Source: Opitutia bacterium UBA3534
GTDB lineage: Bacteria; Verrucomicrobiota; Verrucomicrobiia; Opitutales; UBA3534
Reading direction: 5' to 3'
DNA length: 64,000 nucleotides
Assembly (NCBI GenBank): GCA_002376875.1
Contig: DFOT01000012.1
Span: 34,357-98,356, forward strand
The notes under the pieces: generated by a model
Told to the model about the DNA's origin: nothing
Database searches by the model: none
Seen by the model: the letters and a program-made list of their open reading frames with translations, nothing else
Shown: piece after piece, positions 49,379-57,556 of the stretch
Layout: the number at the start of each line of letters is the position of its first letter
How positions within the stretch are numbered: the first letter of the stretch is position 1
Position numbers and translations under genes: made by a program

Positions 49379-49648
49379 TTAGCGTGCGATACTGGGGAAG
49401 AAGGTAAAGATGTGGAGGGTATACTCGAGTAGCTGGGAGCCTATCCACGCAGCGGTTAATAACAGGGTAAGGATGACCACGATCAACTTAATAGCAAACC
49501 CCAGTGTTTGCTCTTGGACTTGTGTTAAGGCTTGAAGTAGGCTGACCAGCACCCCTACAACTGTCGCTACAATAATAGGTGGCATAGACAGCATAAGGAC
49601 CAGGAGCAGGGCCTTAGTGGTGAAATCAAGCAGAATAGCGTAGTCCAT
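49379..49648 (-). CDS. sctS: T3SS export-apparatus protein SctS (YscS/FliQ family)
   Basis: 89-aa two-helix hairpin with the central LLQALTQVQEQTL motif. Confidence 0.92.
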   Translation of the reverse strand: MDYAILLDFTTKALLLVLMLSMPPIIVATVVGVLVSLLQALTQVQEQTLGFAIKLIVVILTLLLTAAWIGSQLLEYTLHIFTFFPSIAR

Positions 49649-49660
49649 AAGTCGTTGAGC

Positions 49661-50314
49661 TTAACGGTAGGTCAGCAAGATTCCGTGAGTGAGGCGGCTC
49701 CATCCTTCAACAAGGACGAACAGGAGCAGCTTGAAGGGTAGGGAAATTGTCATGGGGGATACCATCATCATTCCTAAAGCCAAGAGGATGTTAGAGGTGA
49801 TGAGGTCAATCGCGATAAATGGCAGGTAGATCAGAAATCCAATTTCAAAGGCTGAAGTCAATTCGCTGATCGTGAAGGCAGGGATTAGGACCATGAAGTC
49901 TGTGTTCGTGAGGTTGTCCGCACGTCCTTCAGGCCAGATACGCTTAGCTGTTTGCATAAAGAAACGTCGCTCTTTCTCTCGAGAATGTCTAAAGAGAAAA
50001 TCTTGGAGCGGTTCTTTAGCTGTAGCAAGGGTTGCTATACTCGTAGGAATGTCTTTGTTTTCAAAATCGACATCTTTAAGGATGTCATAGCTATCCTGGA
50101 TGACAGGGGTCATTACGTAGATACTCATGACAATCGCTAAGCCATTGAGTACCATGTTAGGTGGGATCTGTTGGATCCCTAAGGCATTACGAATCAGATT
50201 GAAGATTACAACGATCTTCACAAAGGAGGAGACCATCACCGCAGCAAACGGAGCCAGCGTCAAGGCTGACAAAAAGAGGATGAGGCCGATAGGATCCGCA
50301 GTGGTTAGACTCAT
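49661..50314 (-). CDS. sctR: T3SS export-apparatus protein SctR (YscR/FliP family)
   Basis: SSFVKIVVIFNLIRNALGIQQIPPNMVLNGLAIVMS matches the FliP/YscR core. Confidence 0.95.
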   Translation of the reverse strand: MSLTTADPIGLILFLSALTLAPFAAVMVSSFVKIVVIFNLIRNALGIQQIPPNMVLNGLAIVMSIYVMTPVIQDSYDILKDVDFENKDIPTSIATLATAKEPLQDFLFRHSREKERRFFMQTAKRIWPEGRADNLTNTDFMVLIPAFTISELTSAFEIGFLIYLPFIAIDLITSNILLALGMMMVSPMTISLPFKLLLFVLVEGWSRLTHGILLTYR

Positions 50315-51339
50315 GGGGAGTCAAAAGAAGTCACCTGAACACCCACACGCTCGCCTACTTGTACTAGGGAGCCTTCACCCACGATTGAGCCATTAGCTCG
50401 GATCTTGACGGGCCGATCAATAGGGGTATCAAGCTCGAAGGTATAGCCTTCTTGAATGGTTTGGACGTCTTTAAGCGGGAGGTGCTTTTCACCTACCTCG
50501 AAAATAACATGCACAGGGAGGTGCTCTGCAGGAGTCCCCATTTCAGGTGAGGCTGCTTCAGGAAGGCTCTCTTCTTCAAAAGAGTTCTCAGGTTCGGGAA
50601 AAGGATTATCTGTCATTTCAATGAGGGTTGCCTGACCATTCTGGTACTGCACACGCATACTGAGCCGAGGGCTGAACGTCAGGTAATATTGGTTTTGTTT
50701 AATGAGTGATTCATTATCAAAAAAGAGGACATCTTGGGGTTCTATGTTTTTATAGTCGTCCTGAGGGAGGGCGGTGCGCCCCACTTCAAGCCGTCCTCGT
50801 GCCACTATGCCATCGAAGTTACCAGTAGGGGTCAAGGGCAATTCCTCGATCTTCTGGGCAATAGCATTGAGTGTTTCTAATGAAAGTGAAAAATGCCCAC
50901 ACAAGTCTCCGCCATCGAGTGGACTGGTGATTTGGAAGTAGAGTGGGTTCTCTTGGATATCTTCAGGGGTATCAAAGTTTAGGCTCTCTAGGGAAATCTT
51001 TTCCTGGAAAAAGCTTTCTAGCATATTCAGGATATCTTCCCAGAGTGATTCTAGGAGTATTGATTGGATGTCTTGTGGAAGACTAGTCAGCGAGACTTCT
51101 TCAAGCTTCTCCGAGAAGAAACTAATAGGAGGAAGCTCTTTTAGTCCCATCCATAGAGTGTCATTACCCTTTTTAAATTGTAAACTTACCGAGGGGGTGT
51201 AGTCAGGTAGACTAGGGCGTAAGCACAGCGCATGAGATTGCCCCCGGAAGGAAAATCCCATCTCTCGGTTTTGTCCAAGCACTGTGTTTAGCGTGCGGAC
51301 ATATTCGTTGGATATTTTTTTTAAAGGAAGGGCTGTCAT
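50311..51339 (-). CDS. sctQ: T3SS sorting-platform / C-ring protein SctQ
   Basis: C-terminal SpoA (FliN-like) domain VHVIFEVGEKHLPLKDVQTIQEGYTFELDTPIDRPVKIRANGSIVGEGSLVQVGERVGVQV. Positioned between sctP and sctR. Confidence 0.85.
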   Translation of the reverse strand: MTALPLKKISNEYVRTLNTVLGQNREMGFSFRGQSHALCLRPSLPDYTPSVSLQFKKGNDTLWMGLKELPPISFFSEKLEEVSLTSLPQDIQSILLESLWEDILNMLESFFQEKISLESLNFDTPEDIQENPLYFQITSPLDGGDLCGHFSLSLETLNAIAQKIEELPLTPTGNFDGIVARGRLEVGRTALPQDDYKNIEPQDVLFFDNESLIKQNQYYLTFSPRLSMRVQYQNGQATLIEMTDNPFPEPENSFEEESLPEAASPEMGTPAEHLPVHVIFEVGEKHLPLKDVQTIQEGYTFELDTPIDRPVKIRANGSIVGEGSLVQVGERVGVQVTSFDSP

Positions 51340-51351
51340 GGGTTAAAATGC

Positions 51352-52038
51352 TTAAGTCTTTGCGTAAGACTCTGCTTCTTCACGGATCGCCTTGAAAAGG
51401 TCTACATTCTCGCCTTGTTGCTGAGGATTCCCCTCGCTATCACCCTGGGCAAGCATGTCTTTGGCATTAATTTGTATCTCAGTAAAGCCGTCTTGTTTAA
51501 GGTTGTGCAGCAAATGGGCTTTAAGGTCTGATTGTGCTGCAGCATTGAGGAAGTTTAATGACTTAGGGTCTAGCGCAAAGTCAACGTTAAGTGTTTTTGT
51601 AAGCCCTTCAGTCATGATGCTGACTTTAACCTCACCCATAAGTTGAGGGTGACTCAGTGTAACAAGAGCTGTAGGGTTTGCGCCCTGAAGCCCTTGTATT
51701 TTTGCCATGAGCTCTGTAGCAAGGCTATGTAAATCTGTAGAAAGTACCGGAGGAGGGGATTCTACTTTCGTGGTAAAGGGGTTAAATACTTCTGGGGCGG
51801 CAGCGAGTTGCTTGGGGTCTTCTTTTTTATCTTGGTTGCTGTGTTGGGTTTCTTTTGTGCTGGGCTGCTTCTTGTCCTGGACTTCAGTCGAGGGTTCTTC
51901 TGGGCGGTCTTCTACCTTAGGGGCTTTAACAATACTTGCAAAAAGAGCTGCCCCTTCTTTTGAGGAGACAGAAGGTTTGCCGCCAGAGCTTGTCGAGCGT
52001 GCGGCTGTGTTTGGGGTAATGGTATCGATCTGACTCAT
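51352..52038 (-). CDS. sctP: T3SS needle-length regulator / substrate-switch protein SctP-like
   Basis: Disordered S/P/K/E-rich N-terminal half. The C-terminal ~90 aa fits the FliK/YscP T3S4 pattern (LVTLSHPQLMGEVKVSIMTEG..LNVDFALD..). Positioned between sctO and sctQ. Confidence 0.6.
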   Translation of the reverse strand: MSQIDTITPNTAARSTSSGGKPSVSSKEGAALFASIVKAPKVEDRPEEPSTEVQDKKQPSTKETQHSNQDKKEDPKQLAAAPEVFNPFTTKVESPPPVLSTDLHSLATELMAKIQGLQGANPTALVTLSHPQLMGEVKVSIMTEGLTKTLNVDFALDPKSLNFLNAAAQSDLKAHLLHNLKQDGFTEIQINAKDMLAQGDSEGNPQQQGENVDLFKAIREEAESYAKT

Positions 52039-52058
52039 AACTGGTAGTCTGGTTTCGT

Positions 52059-52556
52059 TTATTCAAAAACGCTGTTCATATCTACATTAGAGGTTTTTTG
52101 AGGAATGTCATCACTTTCTTTCTCCCAAAAGGCTTCTTCTGCTCTCTTTGCGTCTTCTTCCCAGATTTCTTTGTGCTCTTGAATTTTCTGAGTCCGCTTA
52201 GAGGCCTCTATCAAGTTTGTTCTTGCTTGTGCTACATCATCCTCAGCTTTTTTGACAGCTTCTTTCCTTTTCTCTAGCCGCTGTTCGTGATCTTTTTCAC
52301 GTTCTATGAGGTTTTCTACCCGGGTTTTAAATTCCTCGAGGTCTTCCTTGTGGAGTTTTTTGTGGCTGATTTTTTTGTAGAGAATGCCTTCACGCTTAGG
52401 GCGCCATTTTTTATATGCATTCAAGCGCGTTTCTTGTTTGCGCTGTTGTTTTTCAGCTTCCTTAAGCTTGGCCTTTGTTTTAATGAGCTCGTTCTGAGCA
52501 TGGTCTTCACGGATCTTACGGACCCGTAATAAAGCTCCTAGAGGATACTCCGTCAT
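52059..52556 (-). CDS. sctO: T3SS stalk protein SctO (YscO/FliJ-like coiled coil)
   Basis: 165-aa all-helical K/E-rich protein starting [15 protein letters not shown]. Overlaps the sctN stop by 4 nt. Confidence 0.65.
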   Translation of the reverse strand: MTEYPLGALLRVRKIREDHAQNELIKTKAKLKEAEKQQRKQETRLNAYKKWRPKREGILYKKISHKKLHKEDLEEFKTRVENLIEREKDHEQRLEKRKEAVKKAEDDVAQARTNLIEASKRTQKIQEHKEIWEEDAKRAEEAFWEKESDDIPQKTSNVDMNSVFE

Positions 52557-53881
52557 GAATTAATAACTCTAGCTAGTCCTTCTAAGGTTTCTTCAAAGCT
52601 GCTGTATTCTTCGAGGCGTTGTTTTAGGAATTCATTGATCGCATGGATTTTAGCGACTGCCTCATCGGTTCCAGGGTCAGATCCTTTTTGATATTCCCCA
52701 ATACGCACCAAGAGTTCTACTTCTGCATATTTACCCAGCAGGTCTCGTAGGCGTCCAGCAAGATGGAGGTGTTCCTCAGAGACGATGTTGTTCATTACCC
52801 GGCTTACACTATCAAGGATACTGACCGCAGGGTAGTGATTCTTTGCAGCTAATTTACGATCTAGAATGATGTGTCCATCCAAGATGGATCGGGTTTCGTC
52901 GGCTACCGGTTCGGTCATGTCATCTCCCTCTACCAAGACGGTATACAGCGCAGTAATCGAACCTTTGTCAGACTGCCCCGCACGCTCCATTAAGCGCGGA
53001 AGAATTTCAAATACCGAAGGTGGGAATCCTCGTCGAGTAGGGGGTTCCCCTGCAGCTAGCCCAATTTCACGTTGCGCACGTGCAAATCGAGTCACTGAAT
53101 CCATCAGCAATAGGACTTTTTTTCCTGAATCACGGAAATATTCAGCAATAGCCGTTGCAGCAAAGGCCGCCTTCAGGCGCTCCATTGAAGGCCTGTCTGA
53201 AGTTGAAATCACTAACACAGAGCGCTTGAGGCCTTCTTCACCTAAATCATGCTCGATGAACTCACGCACTTCCCGTCCCCGTTCCCCCACAAGGCACAAA
53301 ACAGTAACCTCGGCGTCACTGGAGCGTAAGATTTGCCCCAAGAGCGTACTCTTACCGGTACCTGCTGCGGCAAAGACACCCATACGTTGACCTTCTCCAC
53401 AAGTAAGTAATCCATCCAGGGAACGAATCCCAAGAGAGATAGGCTTGTCAATGGGGTTACGCGTCATTGCATTCGGGGGGTCTGCGTAGACGGGGTAAAA
53501 TGTTTCAGGGTCAATCGGTGGGCCTCCATCAATCGGGTTACCCAAGCCATCGAGTACACGCCCTAGCATGCGCGGGGATACTCCAACTTCATGAACCTTC
53601 CCTTGCGCGATTACTTCTGTAGAGGAAGAGACGCCCATAAGCTCCCCCATCGGGGTGAGGAGGGCGGCATCTTTAGAAAAGCCTACAACCTCTGCCTGAA
53701 GTTCCCAGTCTTCCCAGGCATTTTTCAGTGTACAGATTTCTCCAATTTTAACCCCAGGGACAACGGCTTTGATCATAGTCCCCACAACTTGGATTACACG
53801 TCCTTTCACCTCTAGGGGCTGGGATTGCTCAATCCCTTTATGGAGGTGTTCTTCTAGAAATTTGAAAGGATGCTCGGCCAT
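52553..53881 (-). CDS. sctN: T3SS ATPase SctN
   Basis: Walker [13 protein letters not shown], Walker [14 protein letters not shown]1/FliI-like fold motifs. Confidence 0.97.
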   Translation of the reverse strand: MAEHPFKFLEEHLHKGIEQSQPLEVKGRVIQVVGTMIKAVVPGVKIGEICTLKNAWEDWELQAEVVGFSKDAALLTPMGELMGVSSSTEVIAQGKVHEVGVSPRMLGRVLDGLGNPIDGGPPIDPETFYPVYADPPNAMTRNPIDKPISLGIRSLDGLLTCGEGQRMGVFAAAGTGKSTLLGQILRSSDAEVTVLCLVGERGREVREFIEHDLGEEGLKRSVLVISTSDRPSMERLKAAFAATAIAEYFRDSGKKVLLLMDSVTRFARAQREIGLAAGEPPTRRGFPPSVFEILPRLMERAGQSDKGSITALYTVLVEGDDMTEPVADETRSILDGHIILDRKLAAKNHYPAVSILDSVSRVMNNIVSEEHLHLAGRLRDLLGKYAEVELLVRIGEYQKGSDPGTDEAVAKIHAINEFLKQRLEEYSSFEETLEGLARVINS

Positions 53882-54489
53882 TATTTAACAGCATTGACGA
53901 GGGATTTTTTGATCGCCTCAAGTTGTACAGCAATACGTGCATCGACCGAGCCAATGTCGGTTTCAAGCATGCAATCGCCTTCTTTCATGCGTGAGTCTGG
54001 GGTGATATCTAAAAATGCAATACCAGGGAAATCTTCTAAAATGGTGCCGAGTTCTTTTTGGAGACGCTCACTATCCTTGGGGTTCACGCGCAGTATAATC
54101 TTCTTTTGGTTGCGTACAACCGTGAGTGCTTTTTTGACAACCCGGGTAATGCGGTCTGTATCATCAAGCTCCCCAATAATGCGCTTGAGTGCATTCATAA
54201 CGATATCGATTACTTCCCCTTCAAAGCTTTCGAGCTGTTGTACAGTCGTGGCTACAGACGTTACCATATGTTCTGAAATTTTTTCTTTCCCCTCGAGCAT
54301 ACCTTCTTTAAAGCCGCGTTTCTTTTCGGATTCGTAGTCTTCTTCAGCTTTTTTCTTGATGGCTGCGGCCTCTTCTTTGGCTAAAGCGATAATCTCCTGA
54401 GCCTCAACAAAGGCAGCGTACTCTTTGGCTTTGAGGATTTTTTTTGTAGGCGCTAAAGACAGTCCTGGTTCGTGTTTTAAATGAAGCAT
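53881..54489 (-). CDS. sctL: T3SS stator protein SctL (YscL/FliH family)
   Basis: 202 aa with an N-terminal charged helix ([27 protein letters not shown]) and a C-terminal globular domain. The TAATG junction is shared with sctN. Confidence 0.75.
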   Translation of the reverse strand: MLHLKHEPGLSLAPTKKILKAKEYAAFVEAQEIIALAKEEAAAIKKKAEEDYESEKKRGFKEGMLEGKEKISEHMVTSVATTVQQLESFEGEVIDIVMNALKRIIGELDDTDRITRVVKKALTVVRNQKKIILRVNPKDSERLQKELGTILEDFPGIAFLDITPDSRMKEGDCMLETDIGSVDARIAVQLEAIKKSLVNAVK

Positions 54490-54495
54490 GATGGA

Positions 54496-55188
54496 TTACT
54501 CAAAGAAAGGTTTAGTCTGTGGGGCTACTTCTGTGGTAAGGATTTTGTGGAGAAGGTCCCAGGCTTGTTGTTGGCGCTGGGTGTCTTGGCTTTCAATAAA
54601 CGTCCACGAAAGTTGCGCATTAAATCTAAGGCGGAAGCGTTCTGTTAAGGCTAGAGGAGCTCCAGCAAGACAGTACTGAAAGAGTGCCTGGCCTGCTTTT
54701 ACAATGTTAAGTGGGGTCGCCTGAGCTTGGGTGAGTTCCTTCGGGAGGTCTGGTTTGTCTTTAATTAAGAAAGGTGCTTTTTTAAGGGCAAATAAATACG
54801 CATCATCTCCAATTGTCTCTTTAAGCTCTAGGAGCTCTTGTTTTTGGATGATGTGGGTAATCCCCTCAGAAAAATAAGAGGCTCCCGCATGTAAGAGTAG
54901 GCTCTTGAGGATGGGTTTCTCGAGTAGGGCAAGGCGCCGTGAAGGCTGTTGGAAATCAAAGCAAAAAGCAGCATCAAGCTCGAATTTTTTGAGCAACAGG
55001 GCTGAGAGCTTATGTCGAGGGCGTACACTCGCACGGAGCTTTTCAAAGAGATGCAGGTCTATAAACCCTTCGATGTGGCTTGGGTCGATGATACGAGCTA
55101 AGTCTATATTAAAAATACAGATTTGGCTGAATAGCTCATCGTTATTATGAATGAGTTCTTTCAGAGCGCTGCGCTCGGGGTGCGTCAT
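54496..55188 (-). CDS. sctK: T3SS sorting-platform protein SctK-like (positional call)
   Basis: 230-aa soluble protein between sctJ and sctL. Size and position match YscK. No diagnostic motif is known to me. Confidence 0.45.
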   Translation of the reverse strand: MTHPERSALKELIHNNDELFSQICIFNIDLARIIDPSHIEGFIDLHLFEKLRASVRPRHKLSALLLKKFELDAAFCFDFQQPSRRLALLEKPILKSLLLHAGASYFSEGITHIIQKQELLELKETIGDDAYLFALKKAPFLIKDKPDLPKELTQAQATPLNIVKAGQALFQYCLAGAPLALTERFRLRFNAQLSWTFIESQDTQRQQQAWDLLHKILTTEVAPQTKPFFE

Positions 55189-55191
55189 GGA

Positions 55192-55983
55192 CTAGCCTTG
55201 TGCCGGAGGTTTGGGGGTAGAGTCTGTTCCAGATTGTTTCTGCTGGAGCATTCTATAGTAGTATAGCCCCCCTGCGCCTGCGGCTAGCAAGATGGCAACG
55301 ATGATCATCATACTCCAGTCGAACAAATTATCTTCATAAGCACTGACGTCCTTGCGCAAAGTGGTAAAGGTAGCCACTTCTTTTTCGCCCAAGGGGAAGA
55401 GCACTAAGGATACATCCTCGTAGTTTAATCCTTCAATACTTTTGACGACTAGGTTCTTTATCTGAGGGATTACTTCTTCAACGCCTGAGTTTTTACGGTA
55501 CTTAAGAAATATAGCCGCAGAAGCTGGGGTAACGTGATCAGCCATGATATCGTTATTTGGGATAACAACATGAACACGCGCAGTTAAGACACCATTGATT
55601 TGGCTTAGGGTTTCTTCAAGGTCCTGGGAAAGTCCGTACATGTAACGGATACGTTCTTCCGCCGGGGAGGATACTAAACCTGATTTTTGGAAAATCTCAC
55701 CAAGGCCGTGGTAAGTGTCGCGTGGGTAACCAAAGTCAGCCAGGATATCAACAGCCTCTGAGAAGTTATGTTTTTCTACACGGACAATCCACTTGTTTTC
55801 ATCCCCAGGGGTTTTGTAGGAGTCAATGCCATTACGTAATAGAATCGCCATGACTTCATTGGCTTCTTTTTCATCTAGCTGAGTAAATAGGTCGCTCTTA
55901 GAGCACCCCACGAGCAGTAGAGCTACAAGCAACAAGCTGATTTTAGAAAATAGAGAGAAAAATGTAGTTTTAGTTGTTTTCAC
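55192..55983 (-). CDS. sctJ: T3SS inner-membrane ring lipoprotein SctJ (YscJ/PrgK/EscJ family)
   Basis: Lipobox LLVGC, then DLFTQLDEKEANEVMAILLRNGIDSYK and LTARVHVVIP. C-terminal TM helix. GTG start. Confidence 0.9.
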   Translation of the reverse strand: MKTTKTTFFSLFSKISLLLVALLLVGCSKSDLFTQLDEKEANEVMAILLRNGIDSYKTPGDENKWIVRVEKHNFSEAVDILADFGYPRDTYHGLGEIFQKSGLVSSPAEERIRYMYGLSQDLEETLSQINGVLTARVHVVIPNNDIMADHVTPASAAIFLKYRKNSGVEEVIPQIKNLVVKSIEGLNYEDVSLVLFPLGEKEVATFTTLRKDVSAYEDNLFDWSMMIIVAILLAAGAGGLYYYRMLQQKQSGTDSTPKPPAQG

Positions 55984-56003
55984 GTTGAGGGAATTTTAAA
56001 GGC

Positions 56004-56654
56004 TTAAGCACGGAAGAGTGTTTCGAGGAAAGTGGTCATTTTTTTTGCAAGGGCCGAGGCTAAGTCAAAGGTAAGGCCAAGTTCATGAACTTCCATCTGG
56101 ATTTGAATCATTGTACTTGAAGAAAGCTCCTTGCCGGAGTGGTCTGCTAAAATACTGTCGATGCCCTTCATGACACGCTTACGCTTTTCGGCTGCTTCTA
56201 TGCCTGCTTCAATAAGTTTAGTAAATACCGATTCTTGAAACTCCCTATAAAGAGGCCTGATAGCATCAGGCACGATCTCTTGCATGTAAGGAGAGCCTAC
56301 AGTATCTAGGTCTTGAAGATCAGGCTTGTCTTGAACAGCCTTACGGAAAGGAGTCTTTTCTTTAGTGACCTTCGTTGGTCTGTAAGCAGAGTGGCCATAG
56401 GCGCCTGCAGTTTGTTGTGTCTGGGCCAAGGCAACTTGGGTGCCTTGTTGTGCCCTAAGGCCGGCAGTAACTGCCTGAAGCGTTTGGATGCTTGCGGGCC
56501 CGTTCGAAGGCTTAGTTGCTGGGTTTTGTGCGGGTGCGTTTAAAGCTTGCTGGAAAGCGTCAAGGTCTTGCGGGCGGCTAGCTGTAGACTGCGCCGTGTT
56601 TGCATTTTGCGTGGCGAGCTGTGCGAGAGTACTAGTGATGGCGCTTTCAGACAT
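56004..56654 (-). CDS. sctI: SctI (inner rod)-like protein with long N-terminal extension
   Basis: Positioned between the TPR chaperone gene and sctJ. From memory, the C-terminus MIQIQMEVHELGLTFDLASALAKKMTTFLETLFRA parallels the YscI C-terminus (..LMQWSLIRITIQEELIAKTAGRMSQNVETLSK..). Confidence 0.5.
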   Translation of the reverse strand: MSESAITSTLAQLATQNANTAQSTASRPQDLDAFQQALNAPAQNPATKPSNGPASIQTLQAVTAGLRAQQGTQVALAQTQQTAGAYGHSAYRPTKVTKEKTPFRKAVQDKPDLQDLDTVGSPYMQEIVPDAIRPLYREFQESVFTKLIEAGIEAAEKRKRVMKGIDSILADHSGKELSSSTMIQIQMEVHELGLTFDLASALAKKMTTFLETLFRA

Positions 56655-56673
56655 GGTGATAATCCGTTCGGGG

Positions 56674-57060
56674 TTATGGGGCCAGCAAAGCTTCAGCTAA
56701 AGCTTTTGATTCTTTATCTTGTGCTGATACAGATTCTAATACCGTACGTCCTTCCTGGGAGAGGCCTGCTTCTTGGAGCACAAGGCCCAAGATACTTTTT
56801 GCAGCATCATTCTCTGGGTTTTTCGTCAGTACCTTTTCTTTTAAGATTTTAATAGCCTCATCAAAACGCTTCGAAAGCAATTTGGTGGTAGCCAGGCAGA
56901 TGAGCGTCGTTTGACATTCAGGGCGCAGTGCCAGAATGCCATTAAAAATGCCCTCTGCACGCGAGAATAGGCCAAGATTAGTGGCCATGATTCCCGTTTC
57001 TAAAAGGAGTTTCAGGGTGTCTTCAGGGATAGCTGATTGAATGGACTCCGATGTCGTCAT
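56674..57060 (-). CDS. yscG: TPR-type T3SS chaperone in the YscG/PscG/CdsG position
   Basis: 128-aa all-helical protein with TPR-like repeats (AEGIFNGILALRPECQTTLICLATTKLLSKRFDEAIKILKE), immediately downstream of the needle gene. Confidence 0.55.
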   Translation of the reverse strand: MTTSESIQSAIPEDTLKLLLETGIMATNLGLFSRAEGIFNGILALRPECQTTLICLATTKLLSKRFDEAIKILKEKVLTKNPENDAAKSILGLVLQEAGLSQEGRTVLESVSAQDKESKALAEALLAP

Positions 57061-57064
57061 ACCC

Positions 57065-57298
57065 TTAAGCGCTCTTCAAATTGGTGATGATTGTTTTCAG
57101 TAGAGTAGCGAATACAGTCAAGATATTGGAACGAATTTCCGAAAGACGGGTGAATTGTCCAATATCGAATTGTAGCTGTGTGAGGGAAGCTTGGCTATTT
57201 TCATCAACAGTGCTCAGGCTTTGACGAAGGGTTGCTTCAGCAGCAGCCGTTTGGTTTTTAAGGTCTTCATTGACCGTGGAGAGAGTTAGATCGCTCAT
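57065..57298 (-). CDS. sctF: T3SS needle filament subunit SctF
   Basis: 77-aa helix-turn-helix protein. The pattern ..SLTQLQFDIGQFTRLSEIRSNILTVFATLLKTIITNL resembles the YscF/MxiH/PrgI C-terminal half. Flanked by both chaperone-like genes. Confidence 0.75.
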   Translation of the reverse strand: MSDLTLSTVNEDLKNQTAAAEATLRQSLSTVDENSQASLTQLQFDIGQFTRLSEIRSNILTVFATLLKTIITNLKSA

Positions 57299-57313
57299 AG
57301 TAAAGAATAGGTT

Positions 57314-57556
57314 TTAGTTGTTTTCTTGAGTGGTGGCTGTTTCTTGGAATCCGTTCCAAGCAAATTTTACAATCGCTTGGGCTGATTCGAGTGCCTCAGA
57401 GAGGCTCTTAGCAATTTCAAATTCTTCGACAAACAAGCCTTCGGTGATTTTTGCCTCAAGCGCAGTGTTTGCTTTTTCAAGTTGAGCTAAAGTCTTATCC
57501 CGGAATTCGCCGGTTTTATCACTTTGCAGTTGTTCTTCTAGTACAGATAGATTCAT
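57314..57556 (-). CDS. yscE: YscE/PscE/CdsE-like needle co-chaperone
   Basis: 80-aa two-helix protein starting LSVLEEQLQ. Size, position (between sctD and sctF) and helical pattern resemble YscE as recalled. Confidence 0.6.
   Translation of the reverse strand: MNLSVLEEQLQSDKTGEFRDKTLAQLEKANTALEAKITEGLFVEEFEIAKSLSEALESAQAIVKFAWNGFQETATTQENN

Noticed and set aside
52866-54337. Long antisense ORFs inside T3SS and other large genes. Examples are 52866-53390, 53870-54337, 58376-58906, 31858-32235, 29868-30206, 45560-45934 and 40554-40892.
   Set aside because: These are shadow ORFs on the strand opposite to genes with unambiguous motifs. They are S/R/P-rich low-complexity translations with no motifs.
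47488-55983. Possibility that the export-apparatus genes belong to a flagellar system.
   Set aside because: No FlgB/C/FliE rod, FliG/FliM, hook or flagellin genes are present. The SctJ-type lipoprotein, needle subunit with E/G chaperones, FHA-SctD and SctK/SctP/SctO order are injectisome-specific.
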